This document shows, in pieces, positions 1 through 10,277 of a DNA stretch of 64,000 bases. The notes below the pieces were generated by a model. It had not been told where the DNA came from, did no database searches, and saw only the letters and a list, made by a program, of their open reading frames with translations. Both the position numbers and the translations under genes were made by a program. Origin of the DNA: Synechococcus sp. (GTDB lineage: Bacteria; Cyanobacteriota; Cyanobacteriia; PCC-6307; Cyanobiaceae). The stretch covers positions 2,112,136-2,176,135 of the forward strand of contig JBJBDC010000001.1 of the NCBI GenBank assembly GCA_047285535.1, read 5' to 3'. Each line of letters begins with the position of its first letter. Position 1 is the first letter of the stretch.

Positions 1-30
1 TCAAACTGGTAATGACAACGATCGGTGACC

Positions 31-288
31 ATGACCCTGGATCTCAACGATCCCGAACTCGAGTTCTCGGATCTGGTGTATGCCTATCAGAGCTGGGTAA
101 TGGCAGTCATCAATGATGAGAAGCTCGATGGCGATGACTTGCTATTAACAGACGAAATCGCTGAAGACGCTCTGAATTCAATGCGCTTCTTGCCGGGCGA
201 AGTCACGAGTGCGATCGAAACCTCTCTCGCTCGTGTTTACGATGTCGACGCTGATGAACTGGCTGAGTTGCTTTTCCCAGAAGACTGA
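31..288 (+). CDS. Small acidic hypothetical protein
   Basis: Clean ORF, very acidic (MTLDLNDPELEFSDLVYAYQSWVMAV...), same strand as the next two genes; ATG at 31 chosen over GTG at 25. Confidence 0.75.
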   Translation: MTLDLNDPELEFSDLVYAYQSWVMAVINDEKLDGDDLLLTDEIAEDALNSMRFLPGEVTSAIETSLARVYDVDADELAELLFPED

Positions 289-324
289 ACTCACCAACCC
301 ATGAGCAATCGTTAAAGTTGTTCC

Positions 325-1245
325 ATGGGTTGGAACCTGAAGGACATCCCGGAGCAACACGGTCGAGTGGCCCTTGTCACCGGTGCCAATAGTGGCCTGG
401 GGTTTGAAACCACCCGTGCCCTCTTAGGGAAGGGTGCAACTGTACTGATGGCGTGCCGTAGCAAGCGCAAAAGCGAAGCAGCGCGCCGAGAGTTGTTGGA
501 TCTCGGCACCGCTGGTGTTGACCTGTTGGATCTTGATTTATCCGATCTCAACAGCATTGAACGTTGCGCCAACGTTGTCCATAAGCAGTATGGACGCCTG
601 GACCTGTTGTTTAACAACGCCGGGCTGATGGCTCCACCACGACAATTAAGTGCTCAAGGGTACGAATTGCAGTTCGCCGTTAATCATCTCGGCCATATGG
701 CTCTTACCGAGAGATTGCTGCCACTCATGCAGGGACGTCATGATGCCCGGGTTGTCACTGTGTCCTCTGGAGCGCAATACTTCGGCCAAATCAATTGGTC
801 AGACCTGCAAGGGGAAGAGCGCTATGACCGATGGAGTGCCTATTGCCAAAGCAAATTGGCCAATGTGATGTTTGCAATCGAGCTGAATGAGAGGCTGCAG
901 AAGCAACAAAGCTCTGTTATTTCCCTCGCTGCCCATCCAGGTCTGGCACGAACCAACCTTCAGCGAGCATCGGTAGCCTCAAACGGTGCATGGCATGAGT
1001 CTCTCGCCTATCGACTCATGAATCCCCTATTCCAAAACGCAGCAATGGGTGCCCTCCCCCAGTTGTATGCAGCCACAGCTAGCAATGTGCAAGGTGGAGA
1101 CCATTTCGGGCCCGGTGGGTTTGCTGCGATGCGCGGTTCACCAAAACGTCAACCTGTGGCCCGCAACGCCCGCGACGAGAATCAGCGGGGACGACTTTGG
1201 GACATCAGCGAAAAGATGATTCAAATGACCATGGCCAGAATCTGA
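325..1245 (+). CDS. Short-chain dehydrogenase/reductase (retinol-DH/WWOX-like)
   Basis: TGANSGLG nucleotide-binding motif, NNAG, YxxSK catalytic motif (YCQSK), HPG. Confidence 0.92.
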   Translation: MGWNLKDIPEQHGRVALVTGANSGLGFETTRALLGKGATVLMACRSKRKSEAARRELLDLGTAGVDLLDLDLSDLNSIERCANVVHKQYGRLDLLFNNAGLMAPPRQLSAQGYELQFAVNHLGHMALTERLLPLMQGRHDARVVTVSSGAQYFGQINWSDLQGEERYDRWSAYCQSKLANVMFAIELNERLQKQQSSVISLAAHPGLARTNLQRASVASNGAWHESLAYRLMNPLFQNAAMGALPQLYAATASNVQGGDHFGPGGFAAMRGSPKRQPVARNARDENQRGRLWDISEKMIQMTMARI

Positions 1246-1251
1246 ATAGCG

Positions 1252-1650
1252 ATGACGACACAGTCGACAGCAACCCAAAACCGACAGCAACGTCTTCTAG
1301 AAGAATTGCGCAGATGCGGTACCGAAATGAGTGGGCAGCAACTCCATCGTCAACTGGAGAACGGACCGAGCTCGATGGGCCTCGCCACGGTGTATCGAAA
1401 CCTCAGGCATCTCCAGCAGAAGGGGCTTGTCCGCTGCAGACATTTACCAACTGGAGAAGCACTTTATGCACCTGTTGAACATGATCGCCATCACCTCACA
1501 TGTGTTGACTGCGGCAGCACCAGAACCTTGGATCACTGTCCACTTCACGGATTGACAATGTCCAACGCAGAGCAGTCCGACTTCAAGCTGCTGTTCCACA
1601 CACTGGAATTCTTTGGGATCTGCTCAAAATGTCAACAGAAGCACCAATAG
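1252..1650 (+). CDS. zur: Fur-family regulator, zinc uptake regulator type
   Basis: GLATVYRNL helix, HHLTCVDC and CxxC motifs; closely resembles marine Synechococcus Zur as I recall it (EMSGQQLHR...RCRHLPTGEALYAPV). Confidence 0.85.
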   Translation: MTTQSTATQNRQQRLLEELRRCGTEMSGQQLHRQLENGPSSMGLATVYRNLRHLQQKGLVRCRHLPTGEALYAPVEHDRHHLTCVDCGSTRTLDHCPLHGLTMSNAEQSDFKLLFHTLEFFGICSKCQQKHQ

Positions 1651-2010
1651 ATCGGTCTTAATCTTAGGAAATAAACTCCACATAAGCCTGCGCTGAACTC
1701 CTGTTCAGCATGAAGAAATGCCTACTTCACCAATGGAAGACCAACGTGTTGATAGGGTCAGTCTACAAACAATTTCATCCACAAATTGAGCGGGTTGCAT
1801 TTGCTACATACGGGTGAGCCATCTAGACCCAAGGCTATGGATCATTATTGATATTTAACCTCTGATGTGGATTAACAGTGGTCATGACACAGGAAGGGTG
1901 GCCCCCTGGGTTGGCCTGGTTGGCACAGAGGTTTCTGTTTGAACTCTCTGCTTTCCCTCTAAACGGAGCTGAGCAGTAGGAGGCTCTTTCATCGCTTCAT
2001 CCATCAATGG

Positions 2011-2235
2011 CTAATCGGTCGTCATGGAGCTTTCCATTGGACAAACCTTGACTGCAAACCCATTGGCTTCCCTCAAGACTGACCACTGAAGCAGAGGTGG
2101 CTGGACTTGTTGTTGAGCTAGAAAACGACCTGAACGATGGAGTGAACATTCGGGTGTTGACGGATGCAAATATCGTGAGGGACTCACCCTGGCCCCAATG
2201 CAACAGGGTAACAATTTTTGCTGAACGCATTGCAC
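2011..2235 (-). CDS. Small hypothetical protein
   Basis: 74-aa ATG ORF in islet; no recognised motif; competing overlapping ORFs. Confidence 0.35.
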   Translation of the reverse strand: MQCVQQKLLPCCIGARVSPSRYLHPSTPECSLHRSGRFLAQQQVQPPLLQWSVLREANGFAVKVCPMESSMTTD

Positions 2236-2464
2236 AACCTGCTCGTGGCAACTGCCGATCGGTTGACGCCCTTGGGTCCAATCACCTGCACAAAACTAGG
2301 AACAGTTTCAAGGCTCTGTGGTCTTCGAAGCACAAGGCCTATCAATTCTCTCTCTGAACGATCAAAAAAGAAGGTCCTGAAACCGAACCGTGTAAATACG
2401 GCTGCCCCACTTCCGAGATCAGCACGACAGATTTAGACCAATCAGGTCCCACTCGGGCCGATTC

Positions 2465-2698
2465 ATGAACACAACAACACTCCAGACACCAACTGGCCTT
2501 GTCACAAAAAATGGCGAAGGTCACGGCAATGTGTATGCCAAAGAACCCCCCATGGAGTTCGCACCATCAGATGCTGGCTGGGGCTTCCACGAACGTGCAG
2601 AAAAGCTCAATGGACGCATGGCCATGATTGGATTTGTGGCTGCTCTGGCAACTGAACTCATGACCGGTGAGGGATTAATTCGCGCCATTGGACTCTGA
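2465..2698 (+). CDS. hli: High-light inducible protein (HLIP)
   Basis: AEKLNGRMAMIGF chlorophyll-binding motif followed by TM helix and TGEG. Confidence 0.93.
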   Translation: MNTTTLQTPTGLVTKNGEGHGNVYAKEPPMEFAPSDAGWGFHERAEKLNGRMAMIGFVAALATELMTGEGLIRAIGL

Positions 2699-2738
2699 GT
2701 CCGATCAAGACAACTAGCAAATCAACTGGATATGAATC

Positions 2739-2918
2739 ATGAAACTTTTCTCCGCCTTAGCAGCTCTCACCCTGATGAGTTCACCAGCACAGGCAGTCAA
2801 AGGACCTCAGGCCCCAACCCTCCTCCTTGAAAAGCTCTATTACGCAGAAGGTCGCCAACATCCTGAACACCCCGAGCATGGGTCTTTTGCAGGGCTTCGA
2901 TGTGGCGATGAAAACTAA
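2739..2918 (+). CDS. 59-aa putatively secreted protein with LYYAEGR-HxxHxxH motif (not in ORF track)
   Basis: Hand translation MKLFSALAALTLMSSPAQAVKGPQAPTLLLEKLYYAEGRQHPEHPEHGSFAGLRCGDEN*; signal-peptide-like N-terminus; clear paralog at 63021-63185. Confidence 0.8.
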   Translation: MKLFSALAALTLMSSPAQAVKGPQAPTLLLEKLYYAEGRQHPEHPEHGSFAGLRCGDEN

Positions 2919-3296
2919 AACCATGAATGAAAGCCCCTCTCGGTTTGTCGCCAAACTCGAACGCCTGAAAAAGCACCCATTGCTCTAGGGGCACCATCCT
3001 GGCCTAATCCGAGTTTATGTCTTGCCAAAAACTTGAACCAATTACGACAAATAAACGGCAAGTCCTAAACTTGCCAGAACACCCACACGAATACAGCCTC
3101 AACAATTAGTTCAATCCATCATCAATGCGATCACAATGCATTTAATCACTACTTGAAGCACATGAAGCACTACAGAGCCTCAACGCAAGAGAGCCTTCAC
3201 TTAGCACCTTGACCACCTTAAAGCCCACTGAATATTCACAGCACAGAAAACTGTTCGTCAATACATCTTTCAGACTAATATTGACATCATCATCCA

Positions 3297-3540
3297 AGAA
3301 AGATCGTTCTCTGCATTTGCAATAACAGAACCATCACTGATCGGGTAAGACACACAACAAAGCAACGCCCATAGCGATCTGATCGTCATCCAAAAGCTCT
3401 GATCACCTTGGTCGACCTCACCAGCTGTGACCTTTCCGGACACGTTGAACAAGCCCCGCTCAACAGGAGTACATCAGATCTATTCCCTGTTCTTAAGCAG
3501 CATCAAGAATGGATTGATCATCCGAGCAACTGACCACTGT
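3297..3540 (-). pseudogene. petF: Decayed plant-type [2Fe-2S] ferredoxin
   Basis: Across frames it reads CSDDQSILDAA*EQGIDLMYSC*AG/ACSTC/GKVTAGEVDQGDQSF/LDDDQIAMGVALLCV/SYPISDGSVIANAENDL; two in-frame stops and about four frameshifts. Confidence 0.9.
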
Positions 3541-3832
3541 TCAATGCAGTCATAAAGAATGATCCTATTGAATTTGAACTGAACATAAAAACTTCGATCA
3601 ATAGCTTAACCAAGCCCACTTTACAGACGCAAAGAATCAACAATCCCACACTTAATCTTATGCATTACGCACCTGCATGCGAATCATTTTAAAAATTAAT
3701 TGATGGGACAATCACAACAATAAAAATATCGCAAAATCGCCAGTTATGACAAATGCACACATCAACAGGCCCTAAGCAAGCCAAACAACTACTGTCTCAA
3801 CATTGCAACTTATAGATCACCCAGCAGTAAGC

Positions 3833-4033
3833 TCACCCACCCTCAATCTCAAAAGAATACTCAAGCAAGCAGCGAAATAGCTGATCTTTGCTTTCAGCCA
3901 AAAACTGTTGTTCAAGCGGGTCGCCGCCAGACCAATTTCGAAGTGCGTCGCTGGTCGTTTTGTAAGCCAACCGAAGAGCCTCTCGACTCAGCTGGATGGT
4001 GGCAGCGATTTCACCAGAATGATCGGAAGACAT
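3833..4033 (-). CDS. Small hypothetical protein (WxGGDPxEQ motif)
   Basis: 66-aa ORF starting 11 nt after the stop of the NblA-like ORF, probably co-transcribed. Confidence 0.7.
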   Translation of the reverse strand: MSSDHSGEIAATIQLSREALRLAYKTTSDALRNWSGGDPLEQQFLAESKDQLFRCLLEYSFEIEGG

Positions 4034-4044
4034 TGAATAACTCG

Positions 4045-4203
4045 TTATTTTTCAGAAATGACTCTTGCTGTAGCAACCTTCTGCATGAAATAAAGGTCTA
4101 GCAGTTGTCCAGCAATCTCCTTGAGTTCCACGATGTCACTCGCTTGCTGGATAGCCCCCTGCAGCCGAAGTTTTTCAAATTGAAAGTGGAGGGGCAAACT
4201 CAT
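4045..4203 (-). CDS. 52-aa NblA-like small helical protein (not in ORF track)
   Basis: MSLPLHFQFEKLRLQGAIQQASDIVELKEIAGQLLDLYFMQKVATARVISEK*; LxLxxQF start and two amphipathic helices as in NblA; NtcA promoter directly upstream. Confidence 0.6.
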   Translation of the reverse strand: MSLPLHFQFEKLRLQGAIQQASDIVELKEIAGQLLDLYFMQKVATARVISEK

Positions 4204-4225
4204 GACCAGAAAGCAGCACTGAGTG

Positions 4226-4267
4226 AATGTAAAGAATAATCAAGATCCATATGGTAGTTATTTCTAC
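4226..4267 (-). promoter_or_regulatory. NtcA-activated promoter (GTA-N8-TAC, 22 nt spacer, -10 TACATT)
   Basis: GTAGTTATTTCTAC at 4254-4267; on the minus strand TACATT (4231-4226) follows after exactly 22 nt. Confidence 0.85.
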
Positions 4268-4301
4268 CTAAAGTTCATTGCGTACTCCCAAGGCCCGGCT
4301 T

Positions 4302-4315
4302 GTAACCGAAATTAC
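4302..4315. promoter_or_regulatory. Second perfect NtcA box
   Basis: GTAACCGAAATTAC. Confidence 0.65.
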
Positions 4316-5054
4316 TACTCCAGCCCCTCTCCCTCCCCTCGCTGGCCCACTTCCTGGCTCCAAGGAGAGGCTCTGCAAAGCCACCTTTGACTGATCTCCA
4401 TGCATCAAAAGTCTTCGTAGATGGGTCGCTAACCCAGACCACTCCACTCCCAAGCGGAACTCTCTAAAACGATGCAGCCCTAGCCTGTCAAATCCCAGAG
4501 AGCGTGCCTCAACCTGAAGTCAGAGCATGCACAGAGCGCAGGAATCAACACTGACACAACTGAATTAAAGACACGTCTCTTGCCGACGCAACCACGACAA
4601 AGTCCTGATCCCTGATCGCTCTCGAACCAAACCGTTACAACGACCCGAAATGGTTCTAGCGCAAGGATTTTCCGACGACCTGCTTTCACGACCTGGATGG
4701 TTCCCATCCCCAGTCTGAAGCCTCTCAGAACCGATAACCATCCATTTTTGCAGCTGTGGCTTGCCTCAAGGCTGAGCAATGCGACCTAATCACCGCTCCT
4801 CAGCCCGTCACCACTCATCCACGCAGAACCAAAACTAGGGATTGGGTCAATGAAAGACCCCCGGATTCTTTTAGAAAGTTCAGAGGAACCATGTTTCGAG
4901 AGCTGGACCTCAGATTCATCGTTGGTTGATGACAAACCGCTAAGCACCTGGCATCAAGGTGGGTGCTGGTCGTAGATCGTCATCAATCGCTCAAGATTGC
5001 TCGCGCGACAGCGAACAAGCGAAAAAAACCTCGCTCCCTTCGCAAACGCTGGTA

Positions 5055-5228
5055 TTAATCATGGTGTTGTTTCTCCAGAAGCTCAGCCTTGAGCTCTGCC
5101 TCTTCAGTCTGCTGCTTCAGATCAAGCGCGATGTTGTGCGAAGGCTCATCCATCCTCTGCCTGCCACCATTCATCATCTCGGTGTAAGTGAGAGCCCTGG
5201 GCGTCTTTGACTCGTTCATATCATTCAT
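5055..5228 (-). CDS. Small hypothetical protein
   Basis: ATG ORF with LTYTEMMNGGRQ and a coiled-coil-like tail; start uncertain. Confidence 0.5.
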   Translation of the reverse strand: MNDMNESKTPRALTYTEMMNGGRQRMDEPSHNIALDLKQQTEEAELKAELLEKQHHD

Positions 5229-5644
5229 TTGACCTTTGGCTCCAACCCCAGCTGCTGCCAAGCCTTGATACACCGCAAGTGCTGCATGGCGACATAAACA
5301 GCCCTCAACATCTTCTCGTCAGCGTTCAGGCTGAAACAGGAATGCATGAGCTACTTCCTCACAATGTTCTCAAACATGGCCAGCAGGTTGTTGCATGCCT
5401 TCAAGTCCAACCAGATCCCACCAACAATATCTAGAAGTTCAGTCCCCTCCTGTCTTCTGACTGTTCCCATCCGAGAGCTGTCTTAAAGAGAAACTGTCTT
5501 GAAGGAAGCCAACAGCCCCACCAGACCTACAGCGCGAAATACTCAGAAATTGGAATGCCGGCCCGATGACTCACCATCGGGCAGCTCTTCATGAACGTCA
5601 TGAAGAACGTGCACAATCAAGGCTTTTTGAATGGTGGACTGAAA

Positions 5645-5716
<72 letters not shown>

Positions 5717-5774
5717 TCGATGATGATTCTGCCTGAAGGTGGCAGGCTACGTCCATCATTGTGCATCGACGAAC

Positions 5775-6269
5775 ATGGCTTCCGGCCGGGAGCACGATCA
5801 AGCCACCTGTGCGCTCTCTTTAATTTACGGAGTGATTTGGTGGCCATGGCTGGGCTTCCGTGTTGCTGCTGTCAGCGGACTGGCCTTTTTGTTCGGAGGG
5901 CTGCTGCTTTCCCCTGACCTCGACATCAATTCCAGGCCTTATCAACGCTGGGGTGTACTGCGTTGGCTGTGGTGGCCATACCAACGCCTGATCCGTCATC
6001 GATCTGTGTTGTCCCACAGCCCATTTTTAGGGACTGCCATTCGGATCAGCTATCTCACCTGTTTGGTGATCTCCATCAGCTGGCTGGGAAGTCCTTGGGG
6101 CACACCCACTCCAGAGCGATGGCTGTTCTGGCTGCAACAAGGATGGAACGCATGGTCAAACCTTGTCTCCATTGGCTTAATTGGCATCGAAGCCAGCACT
6201 TGGCTGCATCTGATTCAGGACGGTGACCCGATGCCAAGGCTGTCGTTTAAGCCATGGCTCCGTCGATGA
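5775..6269 (+). CDS. DUF2227-type putative metal-binding membrane protein
   Basis: MASGREHD start, SPDLD, HRSVLSH, HLIQD motifs and hydrophobic segments. Confidence 0.8.
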   Translation: MASGREHDQATCALSLIYGVIWWPWLGFRVAAVSGLAFLFGGLLLSPDLDINSRPYQRWGVLRWLWWPYQRLIRHRSVLSHSPFLGTAIRISYLTCLVISISWLGSPWGTPTPERWLFWLQQGWNAWSNLVSIGLIGIEASTWLHLIQDGDPMPRLSFKPWLRR

Positions 6270-6396
6270 ATCCAGTCCACGAACGCAGCCTCTAGGACCT
6301 GGCCTGCAACCGCAATTCAAACCGTCTCTTGTAAAGCTGAAGTTCAGCCGAAGGTCCGCCCAGACATAAGACTTCAGAAATCTCGACCCTGCCCCC

Positions 6397-7239
6397 ATGA
6401 GCAAAGCAATGGACGATTTGGTCAAGGTGGTCGCACAACTGCGCGACCCCGATCGTGGTTGTCCTTGGGACCTCAAGCAAACGCATCAAACCCTGGTGCC
6501 TTACGTGCTGGAAGAAGCTCACGAAGTCGCGGACGCCATTCGTCATGGAGATGAGCGACATCTCAAAGAAGAATTAGGTGATCTGCTGCTTCAGGTGGTC
6601 CTGCACGCTCAACTCGCGCAGGAACAAAAGCTCTTCGATCTCGACGCCATCGCTTGTGAAATAAGTGAAAAGTTGATTCGCCGTCATCCTCATGTTTTTG
6701 GCGATGCTGAAGCCTCTGACAGAGAGACTGTGTCCATGAATTGGGAAGCTATCAAAGCAGCCGAGAAGGCCGAACGCGGTGAGACCGCCTTCCAATCAAC
6801 AAGCCCATTAAGCGATCAACTCGCCGACAAAATTCGCGGACAACCAGCCCTAGCTGGAGCCATGATCATCTCGCGCAAAGCCGCCAAAGCTGGCTTTGAG
6901 TGGGACCAGATGGAAGGGGTCTGGGACAAAGTGCAGGAAGAACTCGATGAGCTCAAAGAGGCCATCTCCTCCGGTCATCAGAGTCATGCGCAGGAAGAGC
7001 TCGGCGATCTGTTGTTCACGCTGGTCAATGTGGCTCGCTGGTGTGACATCCAGCCAGAAGAAGGCTTGGCAGGTACGAACCATCGGTTCCTCGACCGCTT
7101 CTCTCGCGTCGAGACTGCTTTGGCAGGACAACTCAAAGGCAGAAGTATCGATGAACTTGAAACGCTGTGGCAGCAAGCCAAATTAGAGATACGTCAGGAA
7201 CAAAATTCGCTCGCTAGATCTCAAAACGAATGTCAGTGA
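6397..7239 (+). CDS. mazG: Nucleoside triphosphate pyrophosphohydrolase MazG
   Basis: LRDPDRGCPWD, EELGDLLLQV, RRHPHVF, tandem MazG domains. Confidence 0.96.
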   Translation: MSKAMDDLVKVVAQLRDPDRGCPWDLKQTHQTLVPYVLEEAHEVADAIRHGDERHLKEELGDLLLQVVLHAQLAQEQKLFDLDAIACEISEKLIRRHPHVFGDAEASDRETVSMNWEAIKAAEKAERGETAFQSTSPLSDQLADKIRGQPALAGAMIISRKAAKAGFEWDQMEGVWDKVQEELDELKEAISSGHQSHAQEELGDLLFTLVNVARWCDIQPEEGLAGTNHRFLDRFSRVETALAGQLKGRSIDELETLWQQAKLEIRQEQNSLARSQNECQ

Positions 7240-7260
7240 ACAGAGGATTCTGCCCATGGC

Positions 7261-7698
7261 TTAATCATCGTCCACTTGGGGACGCTGTTGGCGATTTCGT
7301 TTCACCTGACTGCGCCGCCCCTTGGCCTCGAGTCGTCGTTGAACAGCTCCTGGCCCAGGTCGTGTAGCCCTGCGCTGGGGGGAAGGAGGTTTCAAGCCCT
7401 CTCGCAACAAGTCGGCAAGCCGAGCCAATGCCGTCTGACGGTTTTGCCACTGAGAGCGCTCCTCGGATGCCACCACTCGCAAGCACCCATCAATCAGTCT
7501 CGATGCCAAGACTTCCTTCAGCCGTTGGCGCCGGAATGGGCCCAGCACGGCCGATCGCTCTAGATCAAACACCAGCTCAACCCTGGAATCAGTGGTGTTA
7601 ACACCCTGACCTCCTGGCCCTGAGGCTCGCGAAAAACGCCATTGCAGCTCCCTAGAAGGGATCACTAGGCGAGCATTCACCGTGAGGTCCTGGGCCAT
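7261..7698 (-). CDS. arfB: Alternative ribosome rescue peptidyl-tRNA hydrolase
   Basis: SGPGGQGVN (GGQ) motif, RSQWQNR, basic C-terminal tail. Confidence 0.95.
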   Translation of the reverse strand: MAQDLTVNARLVIPSRELQWRFSRASGPGGQGVNTTDSRVELVFDLERSAVLGPFRRQRLKEVLASRLIDGCLRVVASEERSQWQNRQTALARLADLLREGLKPPSPQRRATRPGPGAVQRRLEAKGRRSQVKRNRQQRPQVDDD

Positions 7699-7958
7699 CG
7701 TTCCAGCTCTCCTTCACTGCATCATGAGTGCATGAATCTTCGAAAGACCCACTGACAGCATGACCCTGGGACCACGGCCACAGAGGCTATCGGTCTCCCT
7801 CATGATCAACGTCTTTGCAGATTGCTTCCTAACTCGCCAAAAGCTGAGCATTGAAGCCCCATTGCCTGATCTCAGTACAACCCAAAAAACACGCTGGATT
7901 CACCCATGGATCCGGTGCTGGTTTTAGCTGGATACAGCGAACGTTCCAGAAACCCGGC

Positions 7959-8822
7959 ATGACCACTGCACCCCAGACCAGTGGCAACTGGATCGATGAA
8001 CACCACAACGGCGTGCGCTATGGCATGGAAGGCGTCGTGATTGTTGACGAGACAAGCTCGTTTCAACGCATCACTGTGATCGATACCCAACGCTATGGGA
8101 AGGGTCTTTTGCTAGACGGCTGCTGGATGACAGCAGAACATCAGGAACGCCACTATCACGAATCGTTGGTTCATCCTGCTCTCTGCTCAGCCGAATCGAT
8201 CGAACGGGTGCTGGTCATCGGCGGCGGTGATGGAGGAACCGCCCGTGAATGCTTACGTCACCAGGGGATCAAGCACCTCGACATGGTGGAGATCGACAGA
8301 CGGGTTGTGGAGCTCAGTCAAGAACATTTGCCTTCAATCGGAGGCGGGTGCTGGAGCGACCCCAGGTTTCATCTCAACATCGGCGATGGCATTGCCTGGG
8401 CCGCTGAGGCCGCAACCGAGTCCTACGACGTTGTACTTGTGGATGGTTCAGACCCAAAAGGCCCTGCTGAAGGGCTGTTCAACAGGACCTTCTTCAATCA
8501 TTGTCGCCGTATTCTCAAGCATGGAGGGGTGTTCGCGACCCAAAGCGAATCACCAGAGGCCTTCCGGAACGTTCATATCGAGATGGTCAAGCTCATTCGA
8601 GAGCTGTTTGGCCACGCTGACCCCCTCTATGGCTGGGTCCCGATGTATCCAAGCGGCTGGTGGAGCTGGACCTTTGCAGCCAAAGATGCACCCCGCTATT
8701 TCAACGTCAAAAACGATCGAGCCTCAGCCGTTGCCGAAGGTTGTGCCATTTGGAGTCCCCGCTGGCAGCAAGGAGCTTTCAACACCACTCCAGCCTTCAT
8801 CGAACGGGAACTGAATCCATGA
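7959..8822 (+). CDS. speE: Spermidine synthase
   Basis: [18 protein letters not shown] motifs. Confidence 0.95.
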   Translation: MTTAPQTSGNWIDEHHNGVRYGMEGVVIVDETSSFQRITVIDTQRYGKGLLLDGCWMTAEHQERHYHESLVHPALCSAESIERVLVIGGGDGGTARECLRHQGIKHLDMVEIDRRVVELSQEHLPSIGGGCWSDPRFHLNIGDGIAWAAEAATESYDVVLVDGSDPKGPAEGLFNRTFFNHCRRILKHGGVFATQSESPEAFRNVHIEMVKLIRELFGHADPLYGWVPMYPSGWWSWTFAAKDAPRYFNVKNDRASAVAEGCAIWSPRWQQGAFNTTPAFIERELNP

Positions 8823-9700
8823 CGAACGGCAAAGGCCAACTCATCACGCAGAACTTGTTCGACGATGAAGGTGCCGTTTTCATGGGAGCCAGCCGCAATC
8901 CGGACGGATGCAGAGTGGCGATTTTTGGTGTTCCCTACGACGGCACCACCTCATTCCGTCCTGGAACAAGGTTTGGACCCGCCTCAATTCGTGAGCTGAG
9001 CACTGGCCTTGAAACCTACTGCCCACAGCTGGATCTCGACCTCGAAGACATCTCCTATGCGGACATCGGAGCCGTCGACATTCCTTTTGGCGATCCTGAA
9101 CCCGTTGTAGAAACCGTACGGCTCGCAACAAAGACCGTTCTATCCAAAGACATGAAGCCCTTGATGCTCGGCGGTGAGCATTCCGTGAGTTCAGGAGCGG
9201 TGGCTGCTGTGGCAGAGCTCCACCCAGACCTTGTGCTGGTGCAACTCGATGCCCATGCTGACTTAAGGGAGGAATGGCTTGGAGCGCGGCACAGCCATGC
9301 CTGCGCCATGCGTCGCTGCTTAGAGGTGCTACCGAGCCAGCAGCTCATGCAGATTGCAATCCGCAGCGGCACCTGTGATGAATTTAAAGAGCTGCGTCGC
9401 AGTGGCCGACTCATCAGCATGGATGATATGGCTGGTGAATTAGGTGCTTTAAGGGGGCGGCCGATCTATCTCACGGTGGACCTCGACTGGTTTGACCCGG
9501 CAGTCATGCCAGGCACGGGAACACCAGAACCAGGTGGATTTCTTTGGAATGATTTCGCTACCGTCATCAACGAGCTACGCCATCACCGTCTCATGGGCGC
9601 AGACGTCGTGGAACTCGCGCCTCAACTCGATCCCAGCGGGATCAGCAGCGTTCTTGCAGCCAAAGTCACACGAAGCCTTCTGTTATTGATGGCTCAATAG
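8819..9700 (+). CDS. speB: Agmatinase
   Basis: [32 protein letters not shown] overlap with speE. Confidence 0.95.
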   Translation: MTNGKGQLITQNLFDDEGAVFMGASRNPDGCRVAIFGVPYDGTTSFRPGTRFGPASIRELSTGLETYCPQLDLDLEDISYADIGAVDIPFGDPEPVVETVRLATKTVLSKDMKPLMLGGEHSVSSGAVAAVAELHPDLVLVQLDAHADLREEWLGARHSHACAMRRCLEVLPSQQLMQIAIRSGTCDEFKELRRSGRLISMDDMAGELGALRGRPIYLTVDLDWFDPAVMPGTGTPEPGGFLWNDFATVINELRHHRLMGADVVELAPQLDPSGISSVLAAKVTRSLLLLMAQ

Positions 9701-9876
9701 ACAGAACAGGCATCAAGCGGTGGTAAGCAAAATGAAAATATTGCCCCTTTGAATATGACGATCAGTCGAGATGCCGAAGGCATCGAGTCAAGAGCATCAA
9801 GAGAAAAGGCCCGGTCAGACCAAACCTTTATAAAACCCAATCAAAAAGCAAAAAACTGATGACCCACATAATCCAT

Positions 9877-10137
9877 TCAAAGCAACACTTTGAGGTCTGA
9901 TTCTTGTTCTGAATTCCGCATCGAATCGCAAAAATCCAACTGGCGATCCCCAGGGATCAGGGCTGATTCCTTGAGGTTAAGTTCGGGCAAGGATGGTGGA
10001 CGTGCAGTCCAATGATGGCAAAAAACCTGACCGGCCAACTCTGCATGGACAGAGAGTCGCCGCAAGCGGCACCATCCTGATCCCGTCGAGGAGGGGGGTG
10101 TGCAATGCACGCAGGATTGGCAACTGGATTGAGTCAC
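9877..10137 (-). CDS. Small Cys/His-rich hypothetical protein
   Basis: CxxCxHC...GWC...CHHW pattern; GTG start inferred. Confidence 0.6.
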   Translation of the reverse strand: MTQSSCQSCVHCTPPSSTGSGWCRLRRLSVHAELAGQVFCHHWTARPPSLPELNLKESALIPGDRQLDFCDSMRNSEQESDLKVLL

Positions 10138-10277
10138 ATCACACCTGGCGAAACGCGAGCTCAGGCTAGGGACGCTTGCAAAAGCGGACCACAAAAACGC
10201 CACAATCTGCTGCTTTGCTTCCAATTCTCAATTCAGAGCCTATGGGTTCATAAGATTTGCGTGCACGTCTCCCGGTC

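Noticed and set aside
1794..1807. NtcA-like GTT-N8-TAC
   Set aside because: No properly spaced -10 and no convincing downstream ORF on either strand
3270..3452. 60-aa track ORF as a real gene
   Set aside because: It is a frame chimera of the ferredoxin pseudogene
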